Part shown: positions 7,421-16,487 of the stretch, in pieces | How the letters are laid out: each line of letters starts with the position of its first letter | Position numbering within the stretch: position 1 is the stretch's first letter | Origin: Candidatus Saccharimonadales bacterium | GTDB lineage: Bacteria; Patescibacteriota; Saccharimonadia; Saccharimonadales; JBGSXW01 | Direction: 5' to 3' | Assembly: GCA_041751215.1 (NCBI GenBank) | Contig: JBGSXW010000002.1 | Span: 350,591-414,590, forward strand | DNA: 64,000 bases | Notes under the pieces: generated by a model | What the model was told of the DNA's origin: nothing | The model's input: only the letters and a program-made list of their open reading frames with translations | Databases searched by the model: none | Position numbers and translations under genes: made by a program

Positions 7421-8714
7421 AACAGCCATAGAGTACGCCAGCAACCACCAATCCCACAAGTACAGTCCTGCTCAAGACTGCCTTTGTCTCGTCGGTTTCG
7501 GCAGTATCATCCTCGGAGCTATCTGAGCCTGTGGTGTAAGCACTTAACACCTCTCCTCGGTCGGATAAGCTGGTTGAGCTGCCCGAGAGCTCTGTTTCTC
7601 CTTCTAATCCGGCTGGCAATTCACTGTCGGCAAAAACATTAGGCGCGCCTGGGGTCGGCGTCTCTGTCCATTGCCAACCCCCCGAATTATCCTTGGCCCA
7701 AGCTTCGTTTGGATCTGCAACTTCGTAAGGTTGAGTTTGGTCAATCGCCTGACCGACAGGACTCATTAGCCTAGCCACTCCTCCACTGTTAGAAAGTGTG
7801 AGATTACTATCAATTGAATACACAGCCAGATATGACTTAGGTTTCATGACCTGCGAGGGTAGCGTAAAGGAGTAAGAAAACGTGCTACCGGTCTGGATTG
7901 TATAGCCAGATAAGTTAACCGCTTGATTAGTTGGATTATAGATTTCAACAAACTCGTCTTCATCGTCCAGCAATGGTTTATCGGGATCGATGAACAGTTC
8001 TGTTAGCTGTAGCGGAGCATTGCTCAAGTTTGCAGCCGACCCTCCGGCCCCGGAGCCAGTTGTAGGCTTGGGGCTGGACGCTGGTGCTGGAGCTGGCTTA
8101 GGTTTTGTAACTGGTTTGGGCGTAGAAGTAGGCTGATTAGGCACAACTGCAACTTGGTCGCCGTGCGGAGTTGGCTGCGTGCTAACAAAAAAGTCTAAGC
8201 TGTTGTTGTCGGTATCAATAAAGTAGCCATCCTCATTAATCACACGCTTCAGTGACTCGCCATTATCCGGAGCGGTAGCTGGCAATTCCTCTGGTTCTAG
8301 TGCGTCACCCCAGCCAACACGGTCGTATTCCGTAACTTCACCGTTACTATTAACCACCGACACTCTCACGTGACCGCCACCGCCCGCCAAGCCGCTGCTC
8401 ATGACGTCATTGCTGGAGTCTTCTAGGTAGCCACTAGTTGCAACGAGGAACCGCCCACGCGGTTCAATTTTGCCGCTCAGCTCCGCCTTGCTAGTCCAAG
8501 TGCTGCCACTCGATGACAAATAGCCGATCGTCCAGCCAGTTAAATCTACTGTCGACCCGCCAAGATTGTGCAGCTCTACAAACTCCTCGCTCGATGAATT
8601 TGCCGAGCCGGTTTGTAACTCTGCAATGATTATTTCCGGTGTTGAGTTTGCGCCAGCTATCGATGCGAAAGCTACAACAACGAATCCGCTGAGCGCAATT
8701 AATAAGTATTTCAT
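7356..8714 (-). CDS. secreted, C-terminally anchored protein with two lamin-tail (LTD) domains
   Basis: Signal peptide, two E(E/D)FVE(L/I)xN LTD signatures, a P/T/K-rich linker and a C-terminal TM helix. Confidence 0.7.
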   Translation of the reverse strand: MKYLLIALSGFVVVAFASIAGANSTPEIIIAELQTGSANSSSEEFVELHNLGGSTVDLTGWTIGYLSSSGSTWTSKAELSGKIEPRGRFLVATSGYLEDSSNDVMSSGLAGGGGHVRVSVVNSNGEVTEYDRVGWGDALEPEELPATAPDNGESLKRVINEDGYFIDTDNNSLDFFVSTQPTPHGDQVAVVPNQPTSTPKPVTKPKPAPAPASSPKPTTGSGAGGSAANLSNAPLQLTELFIDPDKPLLDDEDEFVEIYNPTNQAVNLSGYTIQTGSTFSYSFTLPSQVMKPKSYLAVYSIDSNLTLSNSGGVARLMSPVGQAIDQTQPYEVADPNEAWAKDNSGGWQWTETPTPGAPNVFADSELPAGLEGETELSGSSTSLSDRGEVLSAYTTGSDSSEDDTAETDETKAVLSRTVLVGLVVAGVLYGCYEYRHNLTAGVKKLYKYATDR

Positions 8715-8776
8715 GCCGGTGAGTGTAGCTGTTCCTAGCTTAGAGTAGGATTAGAACCTGTTATTATGGTTATGCT

Positions 8777-9301
8777 ATGTTCCGATCATCTCTTCAGCGC
8801 GGATTTACCATCATCGAACTCTTGATAGTAATTGTAGTCATTGGAATTATTGCCGGCTTTGTCGTATTTATTGTTCCTAATTCGCGTGAGCGAAGTTTTT
8901 ATGCCCGAGGAGAGTCCGAACTCAGAACAATGGGCAACGCCGTTAAGTTTTATGTAGATAAATATGACGAGTACCCAGCCGATGTTAACCGCGGCCTGCC
9001 AGCTGGTATCGAGGAGTTTGTTCAGGCCGAAGACGAATGGCCAGACGCTCCGTGGCCAAACAGTGTTTACGACTACGACTACTACGATAATGACGGCGAG
9101 ACCGTTCAGATAAGTATTCGGTTTTGCCCGATTGGCGGACCTCTTTCTGCTTGTAACTTTCCTGATCAGCCGTGGGCTGCAGACTTTGAAGTAAACAGCA
9201 GCATGTACTACTGCATCAAGGGAAACTGTAAAGCCCACCCAGACTCGCCAGCCGACACACCTGGATATTGCATCAACTGCGGCCACAGCGAAGACGATTA
9301 G
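8777..9301 (+). CDS. type IV pilin-like protein (prepilin N-terminal methylation motif)
   Basis: QRG|FTIIELLIVIVVIGIIAG. Confidence 0.7.
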   Translation: MFRSSLQRGFTIIELLIVIVVIGIIAGFVVFIVPNSRERSFYARGESELRTMGNAVKFYVDKYDEYPADVNRGLPAGIEEFVQAEDEWPDAPWPNSVYDYDYYDNDGETVQISIRFCPIGGPLSACNFPDQPWAADFEVNSSMYYCIKGNCKAHPDSPADTPGYCINCGHSEDD

Positions 9302-9312
9302 ACTAAGTCGAG

Positions 9313-9318
9313 TACAAT
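9313..9318 (+). promoter_or_regulatory. -10-like hexamer TACAAT exactly 6 nt before ATG 9325 (leaderless geometry)
   Basis: TACAAT-ATAAGT-ATG with no SD. Confidence 0.35.
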
Positions 9319-9324
9319 ATAAGT

Positions 9325-9864
9325 ATGCTGCTTTTATCTGATCAGTTATTAAACCTCCCGATCAATAGCCTTCAGGTGGGTGGCCAGGTTGGAACTATTC
9401 TAAGACCGATAATTGATCCAAATAACCTGGAGTTGCCAGCTTTTTGGTGCTCTGGGGCAGTCGGCAATTCTGAGCTTATTTTGCACACGAACGACATTAG
9501 AGAACTAAATCAGTTTGGAGCTGTAATCGATGACGAAGATAAACTCACAAGCACCGAAGATCTAGTTCGACTCCAAAAAGTGATAAAACTAAACTTTAAT
9601 CTGCAGCGAACTTTGGTTGTCACAAACAACGGTTCCAAAATCGGCCGAATCGAGGAATACGTAATAAATACCGACGAATTTTTAGTACAAAAAATTCATG
9701 TATCTCAGCCGTTTTTTAAAAGCATCCTAATCGGCAGTCGCATCATTGATCGGCAACAAATTATTAGAGTCGAGGGCAAAAAGATCGTTGTGCAAGAGGC
9801 CGAGAATAAAGGGTCGAACCGCGCAAGCGCAATCGCGTTTACTCCTCCTCAAGGGCAGATTTAA
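9325..9864 (+). CDS. hypothetical protein (possibly tandem PRC-barrel-like)
   Basis: The call rests on ORF length and codon usage. A weak PRC-barrel-like pattern (L.G..V....G..(I/V)G.I....I) occurs twice. Confidence 0.35.
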   Translation: MLLLSDQLLNLPINSLQVGGQVGTILRPIIDPNNLELPAFWCSGAVGNSELILHTNDIRELNQFGAVIDDEDKLTSTEDLVRLQKVIKLNFNLQRTLVVTNNGSKIGRIEEYVINTDEFLVQKIHVSQPFFKSILIGSRIIDRQQIIRVEGKKIVVQEAENKGSNRASAIAFTPPQGQI

Positions 9865-10438
9865 TTTGATGATAGTTGAAGCCGCGGCGAGCTAAAAAGG
9901 CCATTAGTTTCTGATCATCCTCGTAGCGCGCAATCTTGCGCTTCTTTGCGACAAGCTCTTTAAGAGCGGCTTCTTCTGACTGTTCTGAGTCGCCCAGCAC
10001 TTGATCGATTACGTCTTTGCCTATTCGCTTTTTCATCAGTTCTGCTTGCAGTTGCCTATCGCTGCGCTGAGACAGTCTCCGTCGCTCATCCACCCAGACT
10101 TTGGCAAACTGTAAATCATCAAGATACTTAGTCTCAAAAAGACGTTCGATCACACGATCAATTAGCTCTGGTTCATAATCTTTGCGTTTTAGATAATCTC
10201 GTATCTCCCACTCGCTACGGCGGCGTCGAGCCAACAGATCATAGGAGCGCATAATTGCCTTGTCTTCTGCGGCCCGGTCTTGAAGTTCATCTAGCCCTGC
10301 CTCGGTGACTTCCTGCTCAAGCTTTAGCCCAGATTTTATCAACTCGGGTTCCGAGAGCGAAAAGCTGTACTTGCCATCAACAAAAATCGAATATCGCCCT
10401 TGGCGCTTAACTTGGGCTTTGATGTTAGTTATCTTCAT
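9839..10438 (-). CDS. recX: recombination regulator RecX
   Basis: Repeated three-helix modules, and its position directly downstream of recA. Confidence 0.8.
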   Translation of the reverse strand: MKITNIKAQVKRQGRYSIFVDGKYSFSLSEPELIKSGLKLEQEVTEAGLDELQDRAAEDKAIMRSYDLLARRRRSEWEIRDYLKRKDYEPELIDRVIERLFETKYLDDLQFAKVWVDERRRLSQRSDRQLQAELMKKRIGKDVIDQVLGDSEQSEEAALKELVAKKRKIARYEDDQKLMAFLARRGFNYHQIKSALEEE

Positions 10439-10507
10439 TTAGTCTCTTGGGCTGTGTGGGTTTTGCCTCTTCAGCATATCCTTTAAGAGTTGGCACACTG
10501 CTCGCTT

Positions 10508-11542
10508 TTAGTCGTGGCTGGCGGCTTCAATAACCAGAGCCCGAATCTTCTCGAGTAGCTTGGGGTCGTCTGTCAAAGTCTGCTTTGCGGCCTCTCGACC
10601 CTGACCGAGCTTAGCGCCTTCGTACTCAAACCAGGCACCAGCTTTGCCAACAATTTCATAGTTGACCGCTAGATCGAGTACGTCACCACTGGTTGAAATA
10701 CCATTGTTGTACATGATGTCGAACTCAGCCACTCTAAACGGCGGCGCAATCTTGTTTTTTACGACTTTTACGCGCACATGGTTACCAACAATTTTTTCAC
10801 CATTTTTTAATTGACCAATTCGGCGGATATCCAGTCGAACTGATGAGTAGAATTTTAAGGCATTACCGCCGGTAGTTGTTTCGGGGTTGCCAAACATCAC
10901 GCCGATCTTCATACGAATCTGGTTGATAAAGATGACCGTCGTACCAGTTTTACTAATAGTTCCGGTTAGTTTGCGGAGCGCCTGGCTCATTAAGCGAGCT
11001 TGCAGACCCATATGTGAATCGCCCATCTCGCCTTCAATCTCGGCCCGTGGAACTAACGCTGCCACCGAGTCGACAATAACGATGTCAACGGCGTTGGACC
11101 GAACTAGCGTCTCTACAATCTCGAGAGCTTGCTCACCGGCATCGGGTTGAGATATGAGCAGGTTATCAATGTCTACGCCGATTTTTTTGGCGTACTGTGG
11201 GTCAAGGGCGTGCTCGGCATCAACAAAGGCTGCAGTGCCCCCAGCCTTTTGGACTTCGGCCAGTATATGAAGCGTTAGAGTGGTTTTACCGCTTGATTCT
11301 GGGCCATAAACCTCAATGACTCGCCCTTTAGGGATTCCGCCACCAAGGGCTAGGTCTAGAGAAAGACTGCCAGTTGGTATGGTCTCGACTTCGACCTTCT
11401 GAGCTTCTCCCAGCTTCATGATTGAACCTTTGCCGAATTGCTTCTCGATTTGCTCGAGCGCAAGATCAAGTGCCTTGCTTTTACCGCTGTCGGCCCCTGT
11501 GTTCGTCTTGGCCACCCCTTTGGCTGCTTTCTTTGTAGCCAT
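10508..11542 (-). CDS. recA: recombinase RecA
   Basis: [10 protein letters not shown] Walker A and canonical RecA sequence throughout. TATAAT plus a GGGGG SD lie upstream. Confidence 0.98.
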   Translation of the reverse strand: MATKKAAKGVAKTNTGADSGKSKALDLALEQIEKQFGKGSIMKLGEAQKVEVETIPTGSLSLDLALGGGIPKGRVIEVYGPESSGKTTLTLHILAEVQKAGGTAAFVDAEHALDPQYAKKIGVDIDNLLISQPDAGEQALEIVETLVRSNAVDIVIVDSVAALVPRAEIEGEMGDSHMGLQARLMSQALRKLTGTISKTGTTVIFINQIRMKIGVMFGNPETTTGGNALKFYSSVRLDIRRIGQLKNGEKIVGNHVRVKVVKNKIAPPFRVAEFDIMYNNGISTSGDVLDLAVNYEIVGKAGAWFEYEGAKLGQGREAAKQTLTDDPKLLEKIRALVIEAASHD

Positions 11543-11665
11543 TTTTACCCCCAGTTATTTGTGTTCATTATAGCGTTTGTGGTCAGCTTCTAAAAGGGGT
11601 GCCTCCCAGTCTCTAATAAAAATCTCATCTGCAACATACCTCTAGTTTTAGCACAAGCATTTAGT

Positions 11666-11671
11666 TATACT
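11666..11671 (+). promoter_or_regulatory. -10 hexamer TATACT exactly 6 nt before pilB ATG (leaderless geometry)
   Basis: TATACT-GGCCAT-ATG with no SD. Confidence 0.4.
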
Positions 11672-11677
11672 GGCCAT

Positions 11678-13432
11678 ATGCGCATATCTGATGCAGCGGT
11701 GGAGCAGATTTTGCTTGCCGCCGGCAAAATTAAGACTGAAGATATCAAAAAGCTTGAGGAACAGGTGAAAGCCGACAAAAAGCCTCTTCAGGACATTGTA
11801 TTAAAGGATAATTTAGTTAGCGAACAGGAGTGGACCAAGCTCTACGCTAAAGAATTTAACTACCCCTATCTTCAGATTGATCCAAAAAGCCTCAAGAAAG
11901 AAATTGTTCAACTCATCCCTGAAAAATTTGCCAGGCAGTACAACACGTTATTAATTGAGCTCAATAAAGACGGCTCATACGAGCTAGCCATGGAAGACCC
12001 CGACGATGTTCAGGCCATCGACTTCTTAAAAAAGCAGCTGGGCTCAAAAATTAACATTAGCGTTGCTTCAAAGTCCGACATTTTAGCCGGGCTAGATCAA
12101 TACCGCGAGAACATAACCACCGAGATTAGCGACGTTATTACTGAAGCTGATGAAACCGAGAACGCTAATGAAGAGGTCGACGAAGAAGACATCGCCGAAG
12201 ACTCACCAATCGCTCAAACCGTTAACCTGATTATCGAATATGCTGTTAAAACCGGCGCCTCAGACATCCACATTGAGCCACACGAAGGCAAGGTCATGGT
12301 TCGCTATCGACTCGATGGCGTGTTAAAAGAAGGCAATACGCTGCCTAAAAAGGTCCACGCGGCCCTAGTTTCTCGTATTAAAATCTTGGCTAATCTTAAA
12401 ATCGATGAACGCCGAGCGCCGCAAGACGGTCGCTTTAAAATCAACCTTAATGGTCGCATTTTTGCCTTTCGTGTTTCGGTCTTGCCGATTGTTGACGGCG
12501 AAAAGGTAGTGATGCGAGTGTTGGATGAGTCTAGTGAGCCAGCCAGTCTCGAGCAGCTGGGCCTTTGGGGGGCTTCGTTAGAAAAGCTCAACGGCGTTAT
12601 TCACGAACCGCACGGCATGGTATTGGTGACTGGGCCAACCGGTTCTGGTAAGTCCACTACTCTACACAGCGTGCTAAACATTCTGAACACGCCGGGGGTT
12701 AATATTTCTACCGTCGAGGATCCAGTTGAGTATCGATTGGACGGAACCAACCAGACTCAGGTTAACGATAAGGCTGGTATGACCTTTGCAAACGGCCTGC
12801 GCGCACTGCTGCGACAAGACCCTAATATCATCATGGTCGGTGAGGTTCGCGATACCGAAACCGGCTCTCTGTGTGTGCAGGCGGCGCTGACCGGTCACTT
12901 GGTGTTCTCTACGCTCCACACAAACAATGCCGCAACTTGTTTACCGCGCTTGCTCGACATGAAGATCGAGCCTTTCTTGATTGCTTCAACAGTACGAGCC
13001 GTTGTTGGACAGCGCCTGGTGCGCCGAGTCAATGAGGAAGAGTGCGAACAGTACACCCCAGATGAAAACGAGCTCAAAGAACTTGAAAAAACTTTCAACA
13101 TTCAAGGCGAAGAAGGCTGGAAAACTGTCTTCGGCTTAGTTAAACAAGCCAACGATAAAGTTGATATCAAATCTGTCAAAGACATCAAACTGTGGCGACC
13201 AAAATCAAAGCTAGAAAAGGGTCAGACTGGCTACAAAGGCCGGCAGGGAATCTACGAAGTTTTGGTAAACACCTCCGACATTCAAAAGATGATCATGGCC
13301 AACGCCACCAGTGAGGACATAAATAACCAGTCCATTAAAGAAGGAATGGTTACGATGTTTATGGATGGTTTGGTGCGAGCATTAATTGGTCAGACCAGTA
13401 TTGAAGAAGTGTTGCGAGTTACAAGAGACTAG
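11678..13432 (+). CDS. pilB: type IV pilus assembly ATPase PilB (GspE family)
   Basis: GPTGSGKST Walker A, Asp box, His box and an N-terminal GspII_E domain. Confidence 0.92.
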   Translation: MRISDAAVEQILLAAGKIKTEDIKKLEEQVKADKKPLQDIVLKDNLVSEQEWTKLYAKEFNYPYLQIDPKSLKKEIVQLIPEKFARQYNTLLIELNKDGSYELAMEDPDDVQAIDFLKKQLGSKINISVASKSDILAGLDQYRENITTEISDVITEADETENANEEVDEEDIAEDSPIAQTVNLIIEYAVKTGASDIHIEPHEGKVMVRYRLDGVLKEGNTLPKKVHAALVSRIKILANLKIDERRAPQDGRFKINLNGRIFAFRVSVLPIVDGEKVVMRVLDESSEPASLEQLGLWGASLEKLNGVIHEPHGMVLVTGPTGSGKSTTLHSVLNILNTPGVNISTVEDPVEYRLDGTNQTQVNDKAGMTFANGLRALLRQDPNIIMVGEVRDTETGSLCVQAALTGHLVFSTLHTNNAATCLPRLLDMKIEPFLIASTVRAVVGQRLVRRVNEEECEQYTPDENELKELEKTFNIQGEEGWKTVFGLVKQANDKVDIKSVKDIKLWRPKSKLEKGQTGYKGRQGIYEVLVNTSDIQKMIMANATSEDINNQSIKEGMVTMFMDGLVRALIGQTSIEEVLRVTRD

Positions 13433-13434
13433 TC

Positions 13435-14661
13435 ATGACAAAGTTTACTTACACAGCAAAAAATAAAGAAGGCAAGGCCGCTGGCGGAACCGTAGAAGCT
13501 TCCGATAAAGCTGCTGCGCTTAGTCTGCTAGAAAAACAATACCTAACCGCTGTTAGTTTGCATGAGGAAAAGACCGGTTTTGACCCAAATAACCTAAACA
13601 TTGGCTTTCTTAAATCAAAAAAAGTTAAAACCAAGGACATGGTCATTTTTTCTCGACAGCTATCGACCATGGTTAACGCTGGCGTTCCGCTCGTAAGATC
13701 TCTTAACACCTTAAAGTCTCAAACCAAGAGTTTGTATTTTCAAGAGGTAATTACTGGCGTTGCGAAAGATGTTGAAAGCGGCACGCCACTAGCCGACTCT
13801 CTGCAAAAGTACCCAAGAGTTTTTTCAGATGTGTACATAAATATGGTGAGAGCCGGTGAAGCTGCGGGTATCTTGGATGAAATCCTCAAACGCTTGGCGG
13901 TACAACAAGAAAAAGAAGCGACCATAAAAAAGAAGATTAAGAGCGCTTCCATGTATCCGATGGTTCTTTTGGTCATAACCACGGTGGCATTTTTTGCCTT
14001 AATGATCTTTATTGTCCCTAAGATCGGCGATATTGTGGTCGATCTGGCAGGAGAAGATACACAACTTCCTCCCTACACCCGCGCCATGCTGGCTTTAAGT
14101 GATTTTATGGTCAACCAATGGTACTTCTTTATGGCCATCATTTTTGGGGGCATTTTTAGCTTTAGGCGATACACCAGAACTAAAAATGGCAAGCGTCAGT
14201 GGCACAAACTACTACTAAAAATGCCGATCGTTAGCGGAATTTTAACTAAGATTGCTGTGGCTAGATTTGCTAGAACCTTCGCTTCGCTCCTTGGGGCTGG
14301 CGTTGGCGTGCTCGATTCTATCCACATCACCGGTCGCGCGGTTGGTAATGTGATTATAAAAGAAGAGTTAGATGCCGCTGCTGAGCAAGTAAAAAACGGT
14401 AAGCAACTCTCAGAGCCGTTATCAAATAGTCAGGTCTTTCCCCCAATTGTGGCGCAAATGCTCTCAATCGGTGAAGAGTCGGGTAAAACAGATGAAATCC
14501 TGCTTAAAGTGGCAGATTTTTACGAAGAAGAGGTTGATGCTGTTATTGACGGCCTCAGCTCTATAATTGAGCCTATTATGATTGTGATCCTCGGGGCAAT
14601 GGTCGGACTGATTGCCGCCAGTGTTATGGGCCCAATTAGCGAGCTGTCTCAGAATATTTAG
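13435..14661 (+). CDS. pilC: type IV pilus platform protein PilC (GspF family)
   Basis: Two GspF repeats and three TM segments. It is coupled to pilB. Confidence 0.9.
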   Translation: MTKFTYTAKNKEGKAAGGTVEASDKAAALSLLEKQYLTAVSLHEEKTGFDPNNLNIGFLKSKKVKTKDMVIFSRQLSTMVNAGVPLVRSLNTLKSQTKSLYFQEVITGVAKDVESGTPLADSLQKYPRVFSDVYINMVRAGEAAGILDEILKRLAVQQEKEATIKKKIKSASMYPMVLLVITTVAFFALMIFIVPKIGDIVVDLAGEDTQLPPYTRAMLALSDFMVNQWYFFMAIIFGGIFSFRRYTRTKNGKRQWHKLLLKMPIVSGILTKIAVARFARTFASLLGAGVGVLDSIHITGRAVGNVIIKEELDAAAEQVKNGKQLSEPLSNSQVFPPIVAQMLSIGEESGKTDEILLKVADFYEEEVDAVIDGLSSIIEPIMIVILGAMVGLIAASVMGPISELSQNI

Positions 14662-14705
14662 TCCGCTGTTTCGGTTTGTGCTGTGTCCTCTCTCTTAGAA
14701 TGGCA

Positions 14706-14733
14706 TTGACTTCATTAGGCTAGTGCTTATAAT
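14706..14733 (+). promoter_or_regulatory. sigma70-type promoter of the major pilin gene
   Basis: TTGACT (14706-14711), 16-nt spacer, TATAAT (14728-14733). A 5'UTR hairpin and an AGGAGGG SD follow. Confidence 0.6.
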
Positions 14734-14809
14734 TGTGTTCAGGTACTCGTCTTAAAAGATGACGAGCCATAGTATAAGTAACAGTAAAAAAATTAGGAGG
14801 GTGGGCTAA

Positions 14810-15256
14810 ATGACCTCACGCATTAACAAACAATCAGGTTTCACCATTGTGGAACTTTTGATCGTAATAGTCGTTATCGGTATCTTGGCCGGTCTCGTCT
14901 TGAATACATTTAACGGTATCCAAGCCCGAGCACGTGACGACGAAAGAAAAACTGACATTAACGCTGTGCAGGGTCACCTTGAGGCCTACCACGCAGATAA
15001 TGGTAGCTATCCAACAACTGCCAACATCGCAGACACAGCATGGGTTAGCTCAAACCTACAGGGCCTCGACCCAGAAGCTTTGATCGACCCAAGTAGCGGT
15101 AACTACAGCTATGTTGCAGAACCAGCAGATTGTGATAACGCAACTGATGACTGTACGGACTTCACGCTATCCGCCGATCTTGAAGAAGACGGTCGCGGTT
15201 CAGCTGACGCCGACGACGACACGGCTGATTACGTAAAGAGTGGTCTAAACAACTAA
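14810..15256 (+). CDS. pilA: major type IV pilin
   Basis: KQSG|FTIVELLIVIVVIGILAGL. It has its own strong promoter, SD and terminator. Confidence 0.8.
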   Translation: MTSRINKQSGFTIVELLIVIVVIGILAGLVLNTFNGIQARARDDERKTDINAVQGHLEAYHADNGSYPTTANIADTAWVSSNLQGLDPEALIDPSSGNYSYVAEPADCDNATDDCTDFTLSADLEEDGRGSADADDDTADYVKSGLNN

Positions 15257-15279
15257 CTCTAGCTAGTCTAGCTAAGTTT

Positions 15280-15316
15280 ATCCCCGGTTTAGTTATCTGA
15301 ACCGGGGATTTGTCTT
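15280..15316 (+). terminator. intrinsic terminator/attenuator after pilA
   Basis: ATCCCCGGTT-N10-AACCGGGGAT followed by TTGTCTT. Confidence 0.65.
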
Positions 15317-15332
15317 ATACTTAAACGTAAGC

Positions 15333-15752
15333 ATGAAGAACTGTCATAAAAACGAGTCGGGTTTCACTATTGTTGAGCTGCTTATAACGCTCACGATTTT
15401 AGCGACCGCTTACATATCCTTTAACAGTTTGTTCGTGAGTGTTCTGCGCATTTCGGACAGGAGTAGCGAATTCGTTCTAGCTAACTCTTCAACTGCCCAA
15501 AAGATGCAGGCTTACGAGAACACCAATTTTGACAACATCGGTACGGGCGGCGTACTAGAAGAAGTAGAGATTGAAGACTTTGAATCAGATCTTCCTAGCG
15601 AACTAAACGAGCCACGCTCTGCTAAAGTCTACGCGACTATGCTATCCCCGACTTTAAAGCGCGTAAGAGTCACCGTAATGTATCAAGATTTTTCTGATGG
15701 TGAAGAAGTTACTTATGTCAGCCTAATTCACGAAAGCGGGCTAGGCAGATGA
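15333..15752 (+). CDS. minor pilin / pseudopilin
   Basis: NESG|FTIVELLITL. Confidence 0.7.
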   Translation: MKNCHKNESGFTIVELLITLTILATAYISFNSLFVSVLRISDRSSEFVLANSSTAQKMQAYENTNFDNIGTGGVLEEVEIEDFESDLPSELNEPRSAKVYATMLSPTLKRVRVTVMYQDFSDGEEVTYVSLIHESGLGR

Positions 15753-16483
15753 GGCAACGCGGATTTACTCTGGTTGAAATTGTTATCATTGCCCCCTTAT
15801 TTATTGTTACCGCGCTCGTAATCCTAAGTTACTTAGTCAACCATTACGGCGACTTGATTCAGAAGTCGGCTAGAACCAATCTTAAGATAGAGGGTCAAAG
15901 CATCCTGTTTGTTTTGCAAGACCAGCTGACTTTTGCTGGAGGTTTTGATGAGACCCTATCTGACCACGTCGAAAGCCAACTCAGTGATGACTTTCAGCCA
16001 GCCGGCGGTTGGACTTTTAATACCGATCCGGACACCTTAATTCTAAAAGAGCTAGCTACTACCGCTTCTCACCGTGACCCGGACCGTGAGTTCGTTTATC
16101 GCAACCTGACAGGCTGCAACGACGACTTATCACAAAACCCCGTAGTTCTTAACAACATAATTTACTTTGTTGAAGGCCAAACTCTTTATAAGCGCACAGT
16201 GACTCCTGGTGACAATTCAACACTTTGCAACGACAATTATAAAACTCAATCCTGCCCAGAATCCGAAGTTACTGAGGACTGTATCGCCGACGTAGTGATG
16301 AGCGACAAAATTGCCGACTTCGACATTGTTTACTACGCAGAGAATAACGTTTTAGTTAACGATGAGGCTGGCGATACACCAACGGCCGCAACCCGAGCCG
16401 ATATCTCTATTACACTTACCGACACTGCCTTTGGCGAAACCATTGAAGAAACCGTAATTATAGCGATTAAGCGCCTTAATTAA
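15749..16483 (+). CDS. minor pilin (PilW-like)
   Basis: QRG|FTLVEIVIIAPLF. A 4-nt overlap couples it to the previous gene. Confidence 0.65.
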   Translation: MRQRGFTLVEIVIIAPLFIVTALVILSYLVNHYGDLIQKSARTNLKIEGQSILFVLQDQLTFAGGFDETLSDHVESQLSDDFQPAGGWTFNTDPDTLILKELATTASHRDPDREFVYRNLTGCNDDLSQNPVVLNNIIYFVEGQTLYKRTVTPGDNSTLCNDNYKTQSCPESEVTEDCIADVVMSDKIADFDIVYYAENNVLVNDEAGDTPTAATRADISITLTDTAFGETIEETVIIAIKRLN

Positions 16484-16487
16484 TGCT

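Noticed and set aside
8786-9286. Long antisense or alternative-frame ORFs inside well-supported genes. Examples are 8786..9286, 19158..19601, 16928..17314, 51795..52271, 53779..54342, 55884..56243, 26613..26975 and 63515..63886.
   Set aside because: Each lies fully within a gene with strong motif support on the other strand or frame. Their composition is low-complexity.
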